64,000 nt of DNA, from positions 2,048,001-2,112,000 of the forward strand of contig CBDCRP010000003.1 of assembly GCA_965221165.1 (NCBI GenBank), written 5' to 3'. Both the position numbers and the translations under genes were made by a program. The stretch is from a bacterium. Lineage in GTDB: Bacteria > UBA8248. Within the stretch, counting starts at the first letter, position 1. Every line of letters begins with the position of its first letter. This document shows, in pieces, positions 22,239 through 34,553 of the stretch. The notes beneath the pieces were generated by a model. It searched no databases, was not told where the DNA came from, and was given only the letters and a program-made list of their open reading frames with translations.

Positions 22239-22673
22239 CTAGAAGCGCGCTTCCTCGTGGCAGCGCACGCACACGCCGTGCAGTCCCAAAAGCCCCTTGG
22301 CGGTCGCGTCTATTTTTTGCGTCTTCGCCGCCTTGGCGAGACTTGTGGCGGCGCCTTCGAGTTGGCGCGAGAAGACGAGCATCGAATTATCCCCCCGGAA
22401 TTCCTCCGCGCGCGGCAGCATTTTCGCCGTCGCGGCGATGGACTTTGCGTGTTTTTCGATGATCCCGTACGGCGTCTCGTTCACCAGTTCCTGGACCGAG
22501 GCGATCAGGGCGGCCTGCACCAGCGCGACGAAGTCCGCATCCATCTTCTCCATCAAATCCCCCGCCTCGGGCGCCTGGGCGTCGCCTTTCATCGGGGAGA
22601 CGAGAAGCGCCGGAAGAATGGCGACGAGCGCGACGAGACGAACGAAGCGGCCGGACACAAGAGGGAATCGCAT
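22239..22673 (-). CDS. Exported class II (cytochrome c'-like) c-type cytochrome
   Basis: Signal peptide, helical composition and a C-terminal CVRCH heme-binding motif. Confidence 0.75.
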   Translation of the reverse strand: MRFPLVSGRFVRLVALVAILPALLVSPMKGDAQAPEAGDLMEKMDADFVALVQAALIASVQELVNETPYGIIEKHAKSIAATAKMLPRAEEFRGDNSMLVFSRQLEGAATSLAKAAKTQKIDATAKGLLGLHGVCVRCHEEARF

Positions 22674-22982
22674 GGGGGACCTCGCTCGAAAGGAGATGAG
22701 GGCTTGAATTTCACACCGGTTTCGGACGCGCTTATTGTCCACGAAGGAAGCGCCCGGGGCAATCGGGCGAACGGAGGAAAACTCAAGCCCCCAACCCATT
22801 GAAACAAGGGCGCTTACAGTCTCTGAAAATCGCAGCGTTCGCGCGATTCCATTTTGCCATTACAACCTTTTTCATGGTATAAATGGAGGAGTTTATTTTT
22901 CCCGCCTGAGTCGCCCCTGTCCGGCATTTTGAGCGTCGTTGCGGCTTTTGTTTCATGCCGTCGCCAGGAGAGTTTCGAGAGC

Positions 22983-25412
<2,430 letters not shown>

Positions 25413-25427
25413 ACGAATGGGTGGGTA

Positions 25428-27002
25428 ATGCAAGCCAAAAATAAAGCGGCGGCGTGTCCGCCTCTCCTCTGTGTGTCGGCGCGTTTCCTCGCGCTGGCCT
25501 TCCTGGGTTTCGGATGCGTCCCCATAGGACTGACCGCCCGGGAACCGATATCGCCCGAGCGAAAAACGGTTCGGGCCGCCGCTCTCCCCTCCGGGACGCT
25601 CAAGCGAACGCCTCCACCGCAGCGCAAGCCGCCTTCTCCCGTGCGGCCTGCGCCCTCGCCGGAGTCTGCGCCTTCAGTGGAATTCGAGCCTCCCCCGTCG
25701 AGCCGCGCCGAGACTTTGAGCGCAACAGGAGAATCTGCTTATCGGCAGGAAGATTATAAATTCGCCGAGAAGAGTTTTCGTGAGGCGCTCATTCATGAGC
25801 CGGAGCTTCTCCATGCCCTCACTGGCCTTGGCTGGACCCTGTATGACGCGAATCGTCCTGATGAGGCCTTTTTCTTTTTCCGGCGGGCGAACGCACGCTA
25901 CCCCGAAAGCGGGAGCGCACGCCGCGGGTTCGCCTATTTGCTGTATCGATACGGGCGGCTGAAGGAGGCGGAGGCGCTCCTCGGAACGCTCGATAAGACG
26001 AGATGGCCCGAACTCACCAACATCGAGCATGAACTCAAGGCGCGGGCCATCAAGGGCCTGCCCGCTCCTCGGGTTCCCGGCGAAAAGAGCGAAGACAAGA
26101 GCGAGGGGCCGTCGCCCGGACCCGCCTCCCCTCTGCCGGAGCCAGGACCAGAACCAGAGCCACAACGGGAACAAGAACGAAAATCCGAAACCGCGAGGCT
26201 CACGCTCCCAAAGCTTGCGCCTTACGAGGCAAAACCACCTGCCCCGTCGGTCAAGGATGCCGCACCGCCGCCTCCCGTCCGAAAGCCCTCTCTCGAAGGG
26301 ATGGTGAAAATTCCCGGCGGGCGTTTCATGATGGGAGCCAGGTTCACCTACCCGAAAAGGTCGCGTCGCAGATGGCGCCGTAGAAGAAGGCCTCCAAGGG
26401 CGTCGGGTGGACGGCCGGTCGAGGTCGGGCCTTTTCGTCTGGACAAGCTGGAGGTGACGAATTCTCTTTACGCGGATTTCGTACGGGTGACGAATGGGCC
26501 CGAGCCTCCTTTTTGGCGCAAGGTCCACTTCACCGGCCCGCATCTGCCCGTGGTCGGGGTGACGTGGGAGGAGGCGCGCGCTTATTGCGCATGGGCCGGA
26601 AAGAGGCTGCCCACGGAGGCCGAATGGGAATACGCCGCCCAGGGCGCGGGGAAGGCGAGGCGTTATCCGTGGGGGAATACGCAGCGCGACAGGAACGCCG
26701 TTTTTGGCTTGAGTCCCGACGCCGGAGGCCCCAAGGCCGTGGGAAGACGCCCGGAGGGCGCCAGCATTCACGGGGTGGAGGATTTGGCCGGAAACGTCTG
26801 GGAATGGGTGGAGGATGTGTTCAGGGCAGATCCCGAAGACGCGCAGCCGATCGCCCGAAACGGCCGGGCGCTCCGAACGCTCAAGGGCGGCTCCTGGGTG
26901 AACGGTTGGTGGGCGCTGGCCTCATCACGAAGAACGGGCGACCTCCCCGAACGCCGATTGCCCGCATACGGGTTTCGCTGCGCTGCGGATGCGGCGAAAT
27001 GA
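25428..27002 (+). CDS. Putative lipoprotein: TPR repeats, Pro-rich linker and FGE-sulfatase (SUMF1/EgtB/PvdO-type) domain
   Basis: Lipobox-like LGFGC; TPR-like helices; EVTN, RLPTEAEWEYAA, DLAGNVWEW, GFRC. Confidence 0.85.
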   Translation: MQAKNKAAACPPLLCVSARFLALAFLGFGCVPIGLTAREPISPERKTVRAAALPSGTLKRTPPPQRKPPSPVRPAPSPESAPSVEFEPPPSSRAETLSATGESAYRQEDYKFAEKSFREALIHEPELLHALTGLGWTLYDANRPDEAFFFFRRANARYPESGSARRGFAYLLYRYGRLKEAEALLGTLDKTRWPELTNIEHELKARAIKGLPAPRVPGEKSEDKSEGPSPGPASPLPEPGPEPEPQREQERKSETARLTLPKLAPYEAKPPAPSVKDAAPPPPVRKPSLEGMVKIPGGRFMMGARFTYPKRSRRRWRRRRRPPRASGGRPVEVGPFRLDKLEVTNSLYADFVRVTNGPEPPFWRKVHFTGPHLPVVGVTWEEARAYCAWAGKRLPTEAEWEYAAQGAGKARRYPWGNTQRDRNAVFGLSPDAGGPKAVGRRPEGASIHGVEDLAGNVWEWVEDVFRADPEDAQPIARNGRALRTLKGGSWVNGWWALASSRRTGDLPERRLPAYGFRCAADAAK

Positions 27003-27065
27003 GGTATAATGCGCGGACATCTTGCGAACACATACAGAACTCGACTCCCTGAAAAAGGAGAGAAC

Positions 27066-27611
27066 ATGTTTTTGATAAGAAAATTATTTCTACGATTGCT
27101 GCTCGCAACGCTTGGGGTCGTCCTTTTGGCGGCGAGCGCCGAGGCGCAGAGCTTGACGCCGCCGCCGCTGACCCCGCCCGAAACGCAGCCCGCTCTGCCC
27201 GGAACCGTTCCGGGCCAGCCGCCTTCGGCGGCCCCGGCTCTGGCGCCGCCCGCGCCCGCGATGCCGCTGCAAGCTCCCCTGACGCCGGCGGAGCCGCAGC
27301 GCCCCCTGGACCTCATCGTCACCATCACGCTGGCGACGGGAAAAGCCGAAACCTTCGCCCGCGAGATCGATCGGCTGGAGATCATCACCCGCTCCGGCGG
27401 GGACGTCGCGATGATCCATCTGCTTCTGGTCACCGGCGGGGAGCGGAACACGCACGTCTGGTACAACTATGCCCGGGTCGCCAAGCTGAGCTATCGCTTC
27501 GTCTCTCCCGAGGGGAAGGCGAAAGTATATGTGCGCCCGATGCTGGCATCGCCCACGACGAGGGAGCTCACGGACAGGCTGGAGCCGCTCAGCCCCCGCG
27601 AGTTCCGGTAA
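27066..27611 (+). CDS. Hypothetical exported Pro-rich protein
   Basis: AGGAG RBS, signal peptide ending AEA, Pro-rich segment and a small beta domain. Confidence 0.7.
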   Translation: MFLIRKLFLRLLLATLGVVLLAASAEAQSLTPPPLTPPETQPALPGTVPGQPPSAAPALAPPAPAMPLQAPLTPAEPQRPLDLIVTITLATGKAETFAREIDRLEIITRSGGDVAMIHLLLVTGGERNTHVWYNYARVAKLSYRFVSPEGKAKVYVRPMLASPTTRELTDRLEPLSPREFR

Positions 27612-27623
27612 GGCGCTCGGCCG

Positions 27624-28523
27624 ATGGGCGATAAGGGCTACGCGAATCCAGGTATCGCCCTTACGCCGGCGCAACTCGCAAAGCGCATCGGCGAGCGCAA
27701 GGGAGATGACCTCGTCATCATCGACACCCGCCAGGCGCCGGAGTTTTGCGCGGGCCACATCGAGGGCGCCGCGCACCTTGATTTGTACGGAATCTCGCTC
27801 AACGACACCCGGCCCCAGGCCTTGGCCGCCTTCACCTGGATGCTCGCCTATCTCATGGAGATACGGGGCGTCGATTACGACACGACGGTGGTCTTCTACC
27901 AGGAGAACTCAGGGTTTCGCGCAGCGCGCGGGTTCTGGTTCCTGGAATATCTGGGCCACGAGGACGCGCACGTTTTGGACGGCGGGGTCGACGCTTGGAA
28001 GGCCGGGGGCCTGCCCGTCACGCGCGAGGCCTGGCCGATGGCGGGCGGACCATACGAAGCGGGGGTCGAGGGCCACAGGCGCATCTTGAGAACCTCGTTC
28101 GCGAGCCGGCTGAAGTCGTATGAGGAAGGCCGCATCGCCACGGCGGACTACATCTTGAACCATCTGGGCGATCCGGGCGTCGAGATTCACGACACGCGCT
28201 CCGAGGGCGAATATTTCGCCGAGAACGTTCGGGCCGCGCGCGGCGGCGCCGTTCCGGGTTCGGTCCACCTGGAATGGACGGAGGCCATCGCGGAGGACGG
28301 CTCGCTCAGGCCCGCCTCCGAACTGGTGGAACTGCTCGAACCGAGGGGACTGACGCCCGACAAGGAAATGGTGCCGCTCTGCCAGGGCGGCTACCGCTCG
28401 GCGCACGCCTATCTCGTCTACCGGCTGCTCGGCTATCCGAGGATCAGGAACTATCTCGGCTCCTGGAAAGAGTGGGGCGACAGGGAAGATCTGCCCATCG
28501 AAGTCCCCAAGCGAAGCGCGTAG
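27624..28523 (+). CDS. Sulfurtransferase (tandem rhodanese, SseA-like)
   Basis: GHIEGA, LDGG..AW, catalytic LCQGGYRS, YLGSWKEW. Confidence 0.93.
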   Translation: MGDKGYANPGIALTPAQLAKRIGERKGDDLVIIDTRQAPEFCAGHIEGAAHLDLYGISLNDTRPQALAAFTWMLAYLMEIRGVDYDTTVVFYQENSGFRAARGFWFLEYLGHEDAHVLDGGVDAWKAGGLPVTREAWPMAGGPYEAGVEGHRRILRTSFASRLKSYEEGRIATADYILNHLGDPGVEIHDTRSEGEYFAENVRAARGGAVPGSVHLEWTEAIAEDGSLRPASELVELLEPRGLTPDKEMVPLCQGGYRSAHAYLVYRLLGYPRIRNYLGSWKEWGDREDLPIEVPKRSA

Positions 28524-28600
28524 AACCAGGCGAGAGCGATTCACGCGCGCCTGGGGCCGGTTTCCCCACCCCCGGATTGCGCTTTTAGACGGTGCGCGGC

Positions 28601-29119
28601 TCAGCCGCCTCTCAGCACCCGCACGACAATCTGCGAGAGCATTCCCGCCACGGGCGGAATCCAGAAGATGGAAATGACGCGGAACATGAAAAATTCCGTT
28701 CCGAGGACGGGAATTTCAAACACGAAAGTGCGCACCGGACCGATGAGGGCCGATGCGGTGAGCAAGGTGATCATCGGCCCGAAGCCCGCGCCCCCCTTCA
28801 GCAGCCCGGCCACTATCGGGTACAGGACGAAGGGCGCGCCCATGGGAAACATGAACCCCGCCACCCAGCCGATGAGAATGCCGCGCCAGCCCGAGCGATC
28901 GGAGAGCCAGTTTTGCAGGATTTCCTTCGGCAGTACTTCGGCCATGAGCGCGCCGATGAACATGCCGATCATGAGTTTGGGAAAAATATCCAGGATGAGG
29001 CTTCCCGCGCGGCCCACGGAACCCCAGGGGAGTTCTCCGGTTTTCTGATAGGCCAAAAACGCCAGGACCACCGCTATGGTCGAAAGAAAAAGAGAGGTCT
29101 TGTCGAAAATGCCGGACAT
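28601..29119 (-). CDS. Permease (DUF318/ArsP-like membrane protein)
   Basis: Multi-TM, PMGAPFVLYPIVAGLLKGGAG motif. Confidence 0.7.
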   Translation of the reverse strand: MSGIFDKTSLFLSTIAVVLAFLAYQKTGELPWGSVGRAGSLILDIFPKLMIGMFIGALMAEVLPKEILQNWLSDRSGWRGILIGWVAGFMFPMGAPFVLYPIVAGLLKGGAGFGPMITLLTASALIGPVRTFVFEIPVLGTEFFMFRVISIFWIPPVAGMLSQIVVRVLRGG

Positions 29120-29290
29120 GTTTTTTCCTCATAAGAAAGAGAGCCGCAAAACGACATGAGGTGGAGCTGCTCAGCAGGAACCGCGAGTATAGCCCCAATC
29201 GGGTGAATGGATGTAGCGCACTCGGCCCATGAGGACTTAAGTTAGGTGGAGAGAAGAGGGGTCGTTGCGCCGCGTTCGATGGGAGAGAAA

Positions 29291-30562
29291 ATGGCGGGAG
29301 CGTATTTCACCGATTCCGTACTTGGCACGGGCGGGCGTCTGCGGGCCAAGCCTGAGGATTTCTGTGTGGAGGAAATTCCGCTCGCGCGCCCGAGCGGCGA
29401 CGGGGAATATCTGCACCTATGGGTGGAGAAGCGGGGAATCTCGACCATCGAGGCGCTGCGCGCCTTGTGCCGCGCGCTGAACGTGGCCGAGGAGGATGGG
29501 GGGTATGCGGGCTTAAAAGACGCAAGCGCGGTGACGAGGCAGTGGTTTTCCTTCCGGACGAGAGCGCAAAAAACTCCGGACGACGTTTCGAGGCTGGAGG
29601 AGAAAAGGGGCATCCGGGTTCTGGAGGCGGCGCGGTCTCGGACCAGGATCAGGCGGGGCGCGCTTTCGGGCAATCGCTTCGATATATTGGTCCGGGACGT
29701 CGGCCCCGACGCGGAGAAAAGAGCGCGCGAGGTTTTGGACCGCCTCGGCGCGCGGGGGTTGCCCAATGCGTTCGGCGATCAGAGGTTCGGCGTTCATGGC
29801 CATACGGCGCGAGTCGGCTTTGCGCTCGCCAAGGGAGACTGGCGGGGCGTTCTGGATGCGCTCGTGGGCGCCGCGAGATTCACATTTAAGCGAAACGATG
29901 CGGATGAGCGCCTCTTGGAAGCCGCCCGAAGGTATGAGGCGGGGGAATTCAAGCGGGCGAGGGAGTTGTATCCGATCTCCTGGAAAGCGGAGAGGCGCGT
30001 GCTCTCCCGTCTGGAGAAAGGCGCCTCGGTCCGGCGGGCGGCGACTTCGGTTCCCGCCAGAGAGCGGGCTTTGTATGGCGGCGCGTTTCAGGCGGCCGTT
30101 TTCAACCTGTGCCTGAGAGCGAGGCTCGAGGCGCGCGCCCATGACCGCGTTTGGCCGGGCGACGTGCTTTTTCACCATCAAACGGGCAAGACCAGAAGGG
30201 TGGGCGCGCCCGGGAAAGAAGAGCGCGCGCTGGCGTGCTTCGAGGCGAGCCCGGCGGGACCTTTGATTGGCCGGAAACTCATTGAAGCCCGAGGGGAGGC
30301 GGGAAAACTCGAGCAGAGCGTGCTAGAATCCCTCGGCGCCGAGGGCCCGGGAATTCTCGATGGGCTGGAGGGGCTGAAACTTTATGGCTCCAGGCGTCCA
30401 TATCGTGTACAAATAAAAGGGGTGAGCTTGAGGCCGGAAAACACGAGCCTGCGCCTCGGGTTCACCCTGCCGCCGGGGGCGTATGCGAGTGAGGTGTTGC
30501 GGGAATTGACGAAAAACGAACCTCCGGTGGGCGGCGTCGCGCGCATCGGGGGCGAGCGCTAA
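29291..30562 (+). CDS. truD: tRNA pseudouridine(13) synthase TruD
   Basis: PEDFCVEE, GYAGLKDASAVTRQW, PNAFGDQRFG, FTLPPGAYA; start uncertain. Confidence 0.92.
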   Translation: MAGAYFTDSVLGTGGRLRAKPEDFCVEEIPLARPSGDGEYLHLWVEKRGISTIEALRALCRALNVAEEDGGYAGLKDASAVTRQWFSFRTRAQKTPDDVSRLEEKRGIRVLEAARSRTRIRRGALSGNRFDILVRDVGPDAEKRAREVLDRLGARGLPNAFGDQRFGVHGHTARVGFALAKGDWRGVLDALVGAARFTFKRNDADERLLEAARRYEAGEFKRARELYPISWKAERRVLSRLEKGASVRRAATSVPARERALYGGAFQAAVFNLCLRARLEARAHDRVWPGDVLFHHQTGKTRRVGAPGKEERALACFEASPAGPLIGRKLIEARGEAGKLEQSVLESLGAEGPGILDGLEGLKLYGSRRPYRVQIKGVSLRPENTSLRLGFTLPPGAYASEVLRELTKNEPPVGGVARIGGER

Positions 30563-30596
30563 ACAGATTCATCCCGCTTCGCGGGGGAGGTGGAAC

Positions 30597-31505
30597 ATGA
30601 AAGTTTTTCTGACGGGCGGAACAGGATATGTCGGCGGCACCCTTCTTTCCCTTCTATCGTTGGCGGGCCACGAGATAAGGACGCTCTCGCGCGACCCCGA
30701 ACCCGCGAGGCAGCGGCTCACCGCGATGAGCGGCGTCTATCCCGTGCGGGGCGACGTCACGACGTATTCGGTCGACCAGCTCGCCGAACTGATGAAGAAA
30801 CAAGACGCCGTCGTCCATCTGGTGGGCATCATCATCGAGAAGGGAACGTCCGGCTTCGAGGCGGTTCATACCGAGGGTACGCGCCGCATGGTCGCCGCCG
30901 CCGAGCAGGCGGGGGTGAAGCGCTTCGTGCACATGAGCGCTCTGGGCACGAGGGAGAACGCCGTCGCCCGGTACCACAAAACGAAATTCGCCGCCGAGCA
31001 GTTCGTTCGCGAGAGCGATTTGGACTGGACGATATTCAGGCCCTCCATCATCTTCGGCGAGAACGATGAGTTCCTGAACACGTTCGCCGGCATTGCGCGC
31101 ATGGCGCCCGCACTTCCCGTCATCGGCTCGGGAAAGGGGAAGCTCCAGCCCATCTGGGTGGAGGACGTGTGCCGCTGTTTCGCGCAATGCCTCGCCATGC
31201 CCGAGACCATCGGACAAACCTACGACATGGGCGGAGACGCCGCATATTCGATTAGAGAGGTTCTCTCCATGCTGGTGAAGGCGATGGGCAAGAAAAGACT
31301 GCTCGTAAGCCTGCCGACGCCCATCGCGCGCTTACAGGCCAAGCTGTTCAATCTGCTTCCGGTGAAGCCGCCCTTCACCGAGGATCAGGTAACGATGCTG
31401 GGCGAGGACAACGTATGCGATCCCTCGCCCATGAAAGAGACCTTCGGCCTTAATCCCAGAACGCTCGAGGATTATCTGAAGGATCGGTTCGGCAGGCAGG
31501 CCTGA
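30597..31505 (+). CDS. NAD(P)-dependent atypical SDR (complex I NDUFA9-like)
   Basis: TGGTGYVG, HMSALG, YHKTK, FRPSIIFG, QPIWVED. Confidence 0.88.
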   Translation: MKVFLTGGTGYVGGTLLSLLSLAGHEIRTLSRDPEPARQRLTAMSGVYPVRGDVTTYSVDQLAELMKKQDAVVHLVGIIIEKGTSGFEAVHTEGTRRMVAAAEQAGVKRFVHMSALGTRENAVARYHKTKFAAEQFVRESDLDWTIFRPSIIFGENDEFLNTFAGIARMAPALPVIGSGKGKLQPIWVEDVCRCFAQCLAMPETIGQTYDMGGDAAYSIREVLSMLVKAMGKKRLLVSLPTPIARLQAKLFNLLPVKPPFTEDQVTMLGEDNVCDPSPMKETFGLNPRTLEDYLKDRFGRQA

Positions 31506-31526
31506 GGGGAAGGCGCGAAGGGGGCC

Positions 31527-32678
31527 TCATTTTCTCTCCGGGCTTTCCTCGGCAGCGTCTAATGCGCCTTTGGCCGCGCGCCATGCGGCCCGCTGGGCGC
31601 TGGAGACGGCCAGGGTTTCGACCTCCCCCTCCGTTGCCCAGAGGAGGCCGTCCTGGTTTGCTTGCAGTGGTTTCCTCTCCGGGTTTTCCGCCAGATACAC
31701 CACGAACAAAATTTTTCTGTGGGTGAGCGTTCTTATGGTTCTGGCGAGTTCGCGTCCCGGACGCCAGCCCCGGCCGAGAAGTTTTGCGCACTGCGCCTGC
31801 AAGCGATGCGGGTCTGATTTCTCGTGGTGGCCATCTTCCGTGAAGCCGGGCAACTCCCACATGCCGCCGAAAAGGCCGGTTTTTTCTCTTTGCATCAAGG
31901 CAACCAATCCGTTTCGCTCCGCCCGGAACTGAAAGATGGTGACCGGAGCGGGCGGTTTTTTCGCGGTTTTCACCGGCAGGGCGTTCTGCGTTCCGGCCTC
32001 GTGCCCCGCGCACATATCGCGGGCGGGACAGCCTGCGCAATCGGGCTTGTTGGGAAGGCAGATTCGGGACCCTAAGTCCATCAGCGCCTGGTTGAAGTCG
32101 CCGGGCCTCGAGCGCGGAATCAGCGCCTGGGCTTCGGCGCGGATGGTTGTTTGGGCAGGCGGGGAATCGACGGGGAGAGAGAGGTTGAGGATACGGCTCA
32201 TGACCCGAAGCGCGTTCGCGTCGATAGCCGCGCAGCGCTCCCCGAAGGCGATGCTGGCGATTGCCCCCGCCATGTAGGGGCCGACCCCCGGCAGGGCCTG
32301 CAGCGCATCGCGCGTTTGGGGAATCGCGCCCCCGTCGTTGCTCACCACCTGCTGCGCAGCGCGGTGTAAGTTTCTCGCGCGGCCGTAATAGCCGAGTCCT
32401 TGCCATTCGGCCAATACGGCGTCTAAAGGCGCGTCGGCCAGGGCGGCCAGGGCGGGAAACCGCTCGATGAAGGCGGGGTAGCGACGCCGGACGGTGTCCG
32501 CCCGGGTTTGCTGGAGCATGGCTTCGGACACCCAGATTCGGTACGGGTCTTTCTCTCCGCGCCAGGGAAGCTCTCTTTTCTCCCGATCGTACCACCTCAG
32601 GATGCGTCCCCGGAATCGTCTCCGCTCGGGGGGAGTGAACCTGAGGGTTGCCGGTTTGTTTTTCGGTTTGTTTGACAT
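31527..32678 (-). CDS. mutY: A/G-specific adenine glycosylase MutY
   Basis: PYRIWVSEAMLQQT, WQGLGYY.RA, LPGVGPY and an FCL Cys cluster. Confidence 0.95.
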   Translation of the reverse strand: MSNKPKNKPATLRFTPPERRRFRGRILRWYDREKRELPWRGEKDPYRIWVSEAMLQQTRADTVRRRYPAFIERFPALAALADAPLDAVLAEWQGLGYYGRARNLHRAAQQVVSNDGGAIPQTRDALQALPGVGPYMAGAIASIAFGERCAAIDANALRVMSRILNLSLPVDSPPAQTTIRAEAQALIPRSRPGDFNQALMDLGSRICLPNKPDCAGCPARDMCAGHEAGTQNALPVKTAKKPPAPVTIFQFRAERNGLVALMQREKTGLFGGMWELPGFTEDGHHEKSDPHRLQAQCAKLLGRGWRPGRELARTIRTLTHRKILFVVYLAENPERKPLQANQDGLLWATEGEVETLAVSSAQRAAWRAAKGALDAAEESPERK

Positions 32679-32756
32679 GCGTCGGGCCAGCCGTTATCAA
32701 GCGGGTATAGGGAGTTTCAGAGACGGCGCTCTTTGTTTCGGGGTGAATGATAGAAC

Positions 32757-33929
32757 ATGAGCGTGGCGATCAAAAACGGATGGCGCATAAAGTGGATGGC
32801 GGCGCTGGTGGTTTTTTGTTGCGCCGGCGCAGGGGTCGCGGAAGCGGCCTCGCCAAGCAGAATCGTCATCGGCCTGGTGTTGAATTTATCGGGAGCGGCC
32901 AGGGCCGAGGGCCGGGAGGCGCGAGGCGCGGTTTTGCTCGAAATGGCGCGAATCAACCGGCGGGGCGTCGCAGGCGGTCGCGTGTTTCTCCTCACCTTCG
33001 ACACCAAGGGAAACCCCGAGACGGCCGCCGCCGCCGTTCGCAAGCTTGCGCGCGGGCATAAAGCCGTCGCCGTGATAGGCCCAGCCGAGCATCACGCCGC
33101 CATCTCCGCCGCGCGCGCGGCGCAAGAGGAGGAGGTGCCGCTTTTCTCCTTGTCCGCGCCCGAGGAAATTCTCGTCCCGGCGCGCAAATGGGTTTTTTCC
33201 ACCGCAAGACCGGCGGCGCTGTCCGTTCGGGTGATACTGGGCCACTTGAAGAGCAGGGGAATCAGGCGCGCGGCGGTGCTGGGTTCGTCCCTGGGCTACG
33301 GCTCGGAGGGACGCGAGCAAATCACCGCGCTCGCGCCCGATTTCGGCGTGTCCATTCTCCTGAACCAATCCTTCAAGCGGGCCGAGCATAATTTCTTGCC
33401 TTATCTGAAACGCGCCTCCCTGCGCGGCGTCGAGGCTTTCCTGCACTGGGCCGGCGGGGGGTCGCGCGTGGATCTGGTGCGCGCCCGCATGGCGCTCGAC
33501 TTAAGGATGCCGCTCTACGTTTCTTCCGCGTCTCCCGGGTTGTTCGGCCCCAAGAACGGGGGCCGGGCCGCCGAGGGCGTGGTGTTTCCCGCCTCGTGGA
33601 TAACGGCGGCCCATCTTCTGGATAAGACGCACCCCGCCAGGGAGGACCTCATGGCGTTTCGGGCTGAATACCGAAAGAAATACAAGAGCGCGCCGGGCGA
33701 GACGGCCGCCGCCGCCGCCGACGCGATGCGCCTTCTGGCGTGGGCGGTGCGGGGCGTGGGCGCGAACCGGGGGAGAATACCCGTAGGCGTGGAGGAAACG
33801 CAGTATTTTACGGGGCTGAACGGAACCTACAATTTTTCCCAAAGCGACCACAGCGGTCTCGGCGCCGACTCGCTGGTGCTGGTCCGCGTGAAAAAAAGCA
33901 AGTGGGAGTTGGTTGGAGGGGGGAGGTAG
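32757..33929 (+). CDS. ABC transporter substrate-binding protein (branched-chain amino acid/type 1 PBP family)
   Basis: Signal peptide; IN..GV.G, VAVIGP, GLNGTYNFS..DHSGL. Confidence 0.85.
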   Translation: MSVAIKNGWRIKWMAALVVFCCAGAGVAEAASPSRIVIGLVLNLSGAARAEGREARGAVLLEMARINRRGVAGGRVFLLTFDTKGNPETAAAAVRKLARGHKAVAVIGPAEHHAAISAARAAQEEEVPLFSLSAPEEILVPARKWVFSTARPAALSVRVILGHLKSRGIRRAAVLGSSLGYGSEGREQITALAPDFGVSILLNQSFKRAEHNFLPYLKRASLRGVEAFLHWAGGGSRVDLVRARMALDLRMPLYVSSASPGLFGPKNGGRAAEGVVFPASWITAAHLLDKTHPAREDLMAFRAEYRKKYKSAPGETAAAAADAMRLLAWAVRGVGANRGRIPVGVEETQYFTGLNGTYNFSQSDHSGLGADSLVLVRVKKSKWELVGGGR

Positions 33930-33983
33930 GGGGCAGGGCGTAGGCTCTCCCCCTGCGCGCGCGGAAAATTCCCCTCAAAACCC

Positions 33984-34050
33984 TTGACAGAAACCCGTTT
34001 GGGGCTTATATATACGACAAGATAAATCGGCGACCATTTCGGTCGCATTT
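33984..34050 (+). promoter_or_regulatory. isc operon promoter with Rrf2/IscR-type operator
   Basis: TTGACA at 33984 with an AT-rich, imperfect -10 region near 34007; inverted repeat AAAT-CG-GCGACC-ATTTC-GGTCGC-ATTT at 34024-34050. Confidence 0.55.
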
Positions 34051-34127
34051 AGCGGTGAAAAGACGCCGTCATCTACCAAAGGGTCGGTTTGGCCGATAAC
34101 CCGGCATAATTCAAGGCGGTAAGTGGG

Positions 34128-34553
34128 ATGTTCACGATTGCCAAGCGCACGGATTACGGCTTGATGGCGCTCTCCTACCTTGCGGAGCAGGAAGAGGACG
34201 AGGCCATTACCTCGCGGGCCATCGCGTGCAGGTTCCACATTCCCGCCGAACTGCTTGCGAAGACGATGCAGCTACTGGCCAAAAACGGACTCGTGGAGTC
34301 GCGAAACGGGCCCAAGGGCGGCTATGTTCTCTCTCGCCGGCCGGAGACGATTTCTGTGGCGGAGGTCATTCGGGCCATCGAGGGGCCCATCGCCATGGCG
34401 ACGTGCCAGGCAGACGGCGTCTCGGGGTGTGAACAATACGAGAAATGTACGATTTTTTATCCCATGGAAAGGATCCAGAAAAAGGTGACCGACGTGCTTG
34501 AGGGAATGACCCTTCAGGACATGGTGGGTACGCCTGCAGGAGAGATCAGATGA
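34128..34553 (+). CDS. Rrf2-family Fe-S cluster assembly regulator (IscR-like position)
   Basis: Winged HTH with GPKGGY and three C-terminal Cys; first gene of the isc operon. Confidence 0.88.
   Translation: MFTIAKRTDYGLMALSYLAEQEEDEAITSRAIACRFHIPAELLAKTMQLLAKNGLVESRNGPKGGYVLSRRPETISVAEVIRAIEGPIAMATCQADGVSGCEQYEKCTIFYPMERIQKKVTDVLEGMTLQDMVGTPAGEIR

Noticed and set aside
33926-33956. Isolated GTAG-starting hairpin after the ABC substrate-binding gene as a further REP
   Set aside because: Single, overlaps the stop codon and has different geometry; it may simply be a terminator-like stem.
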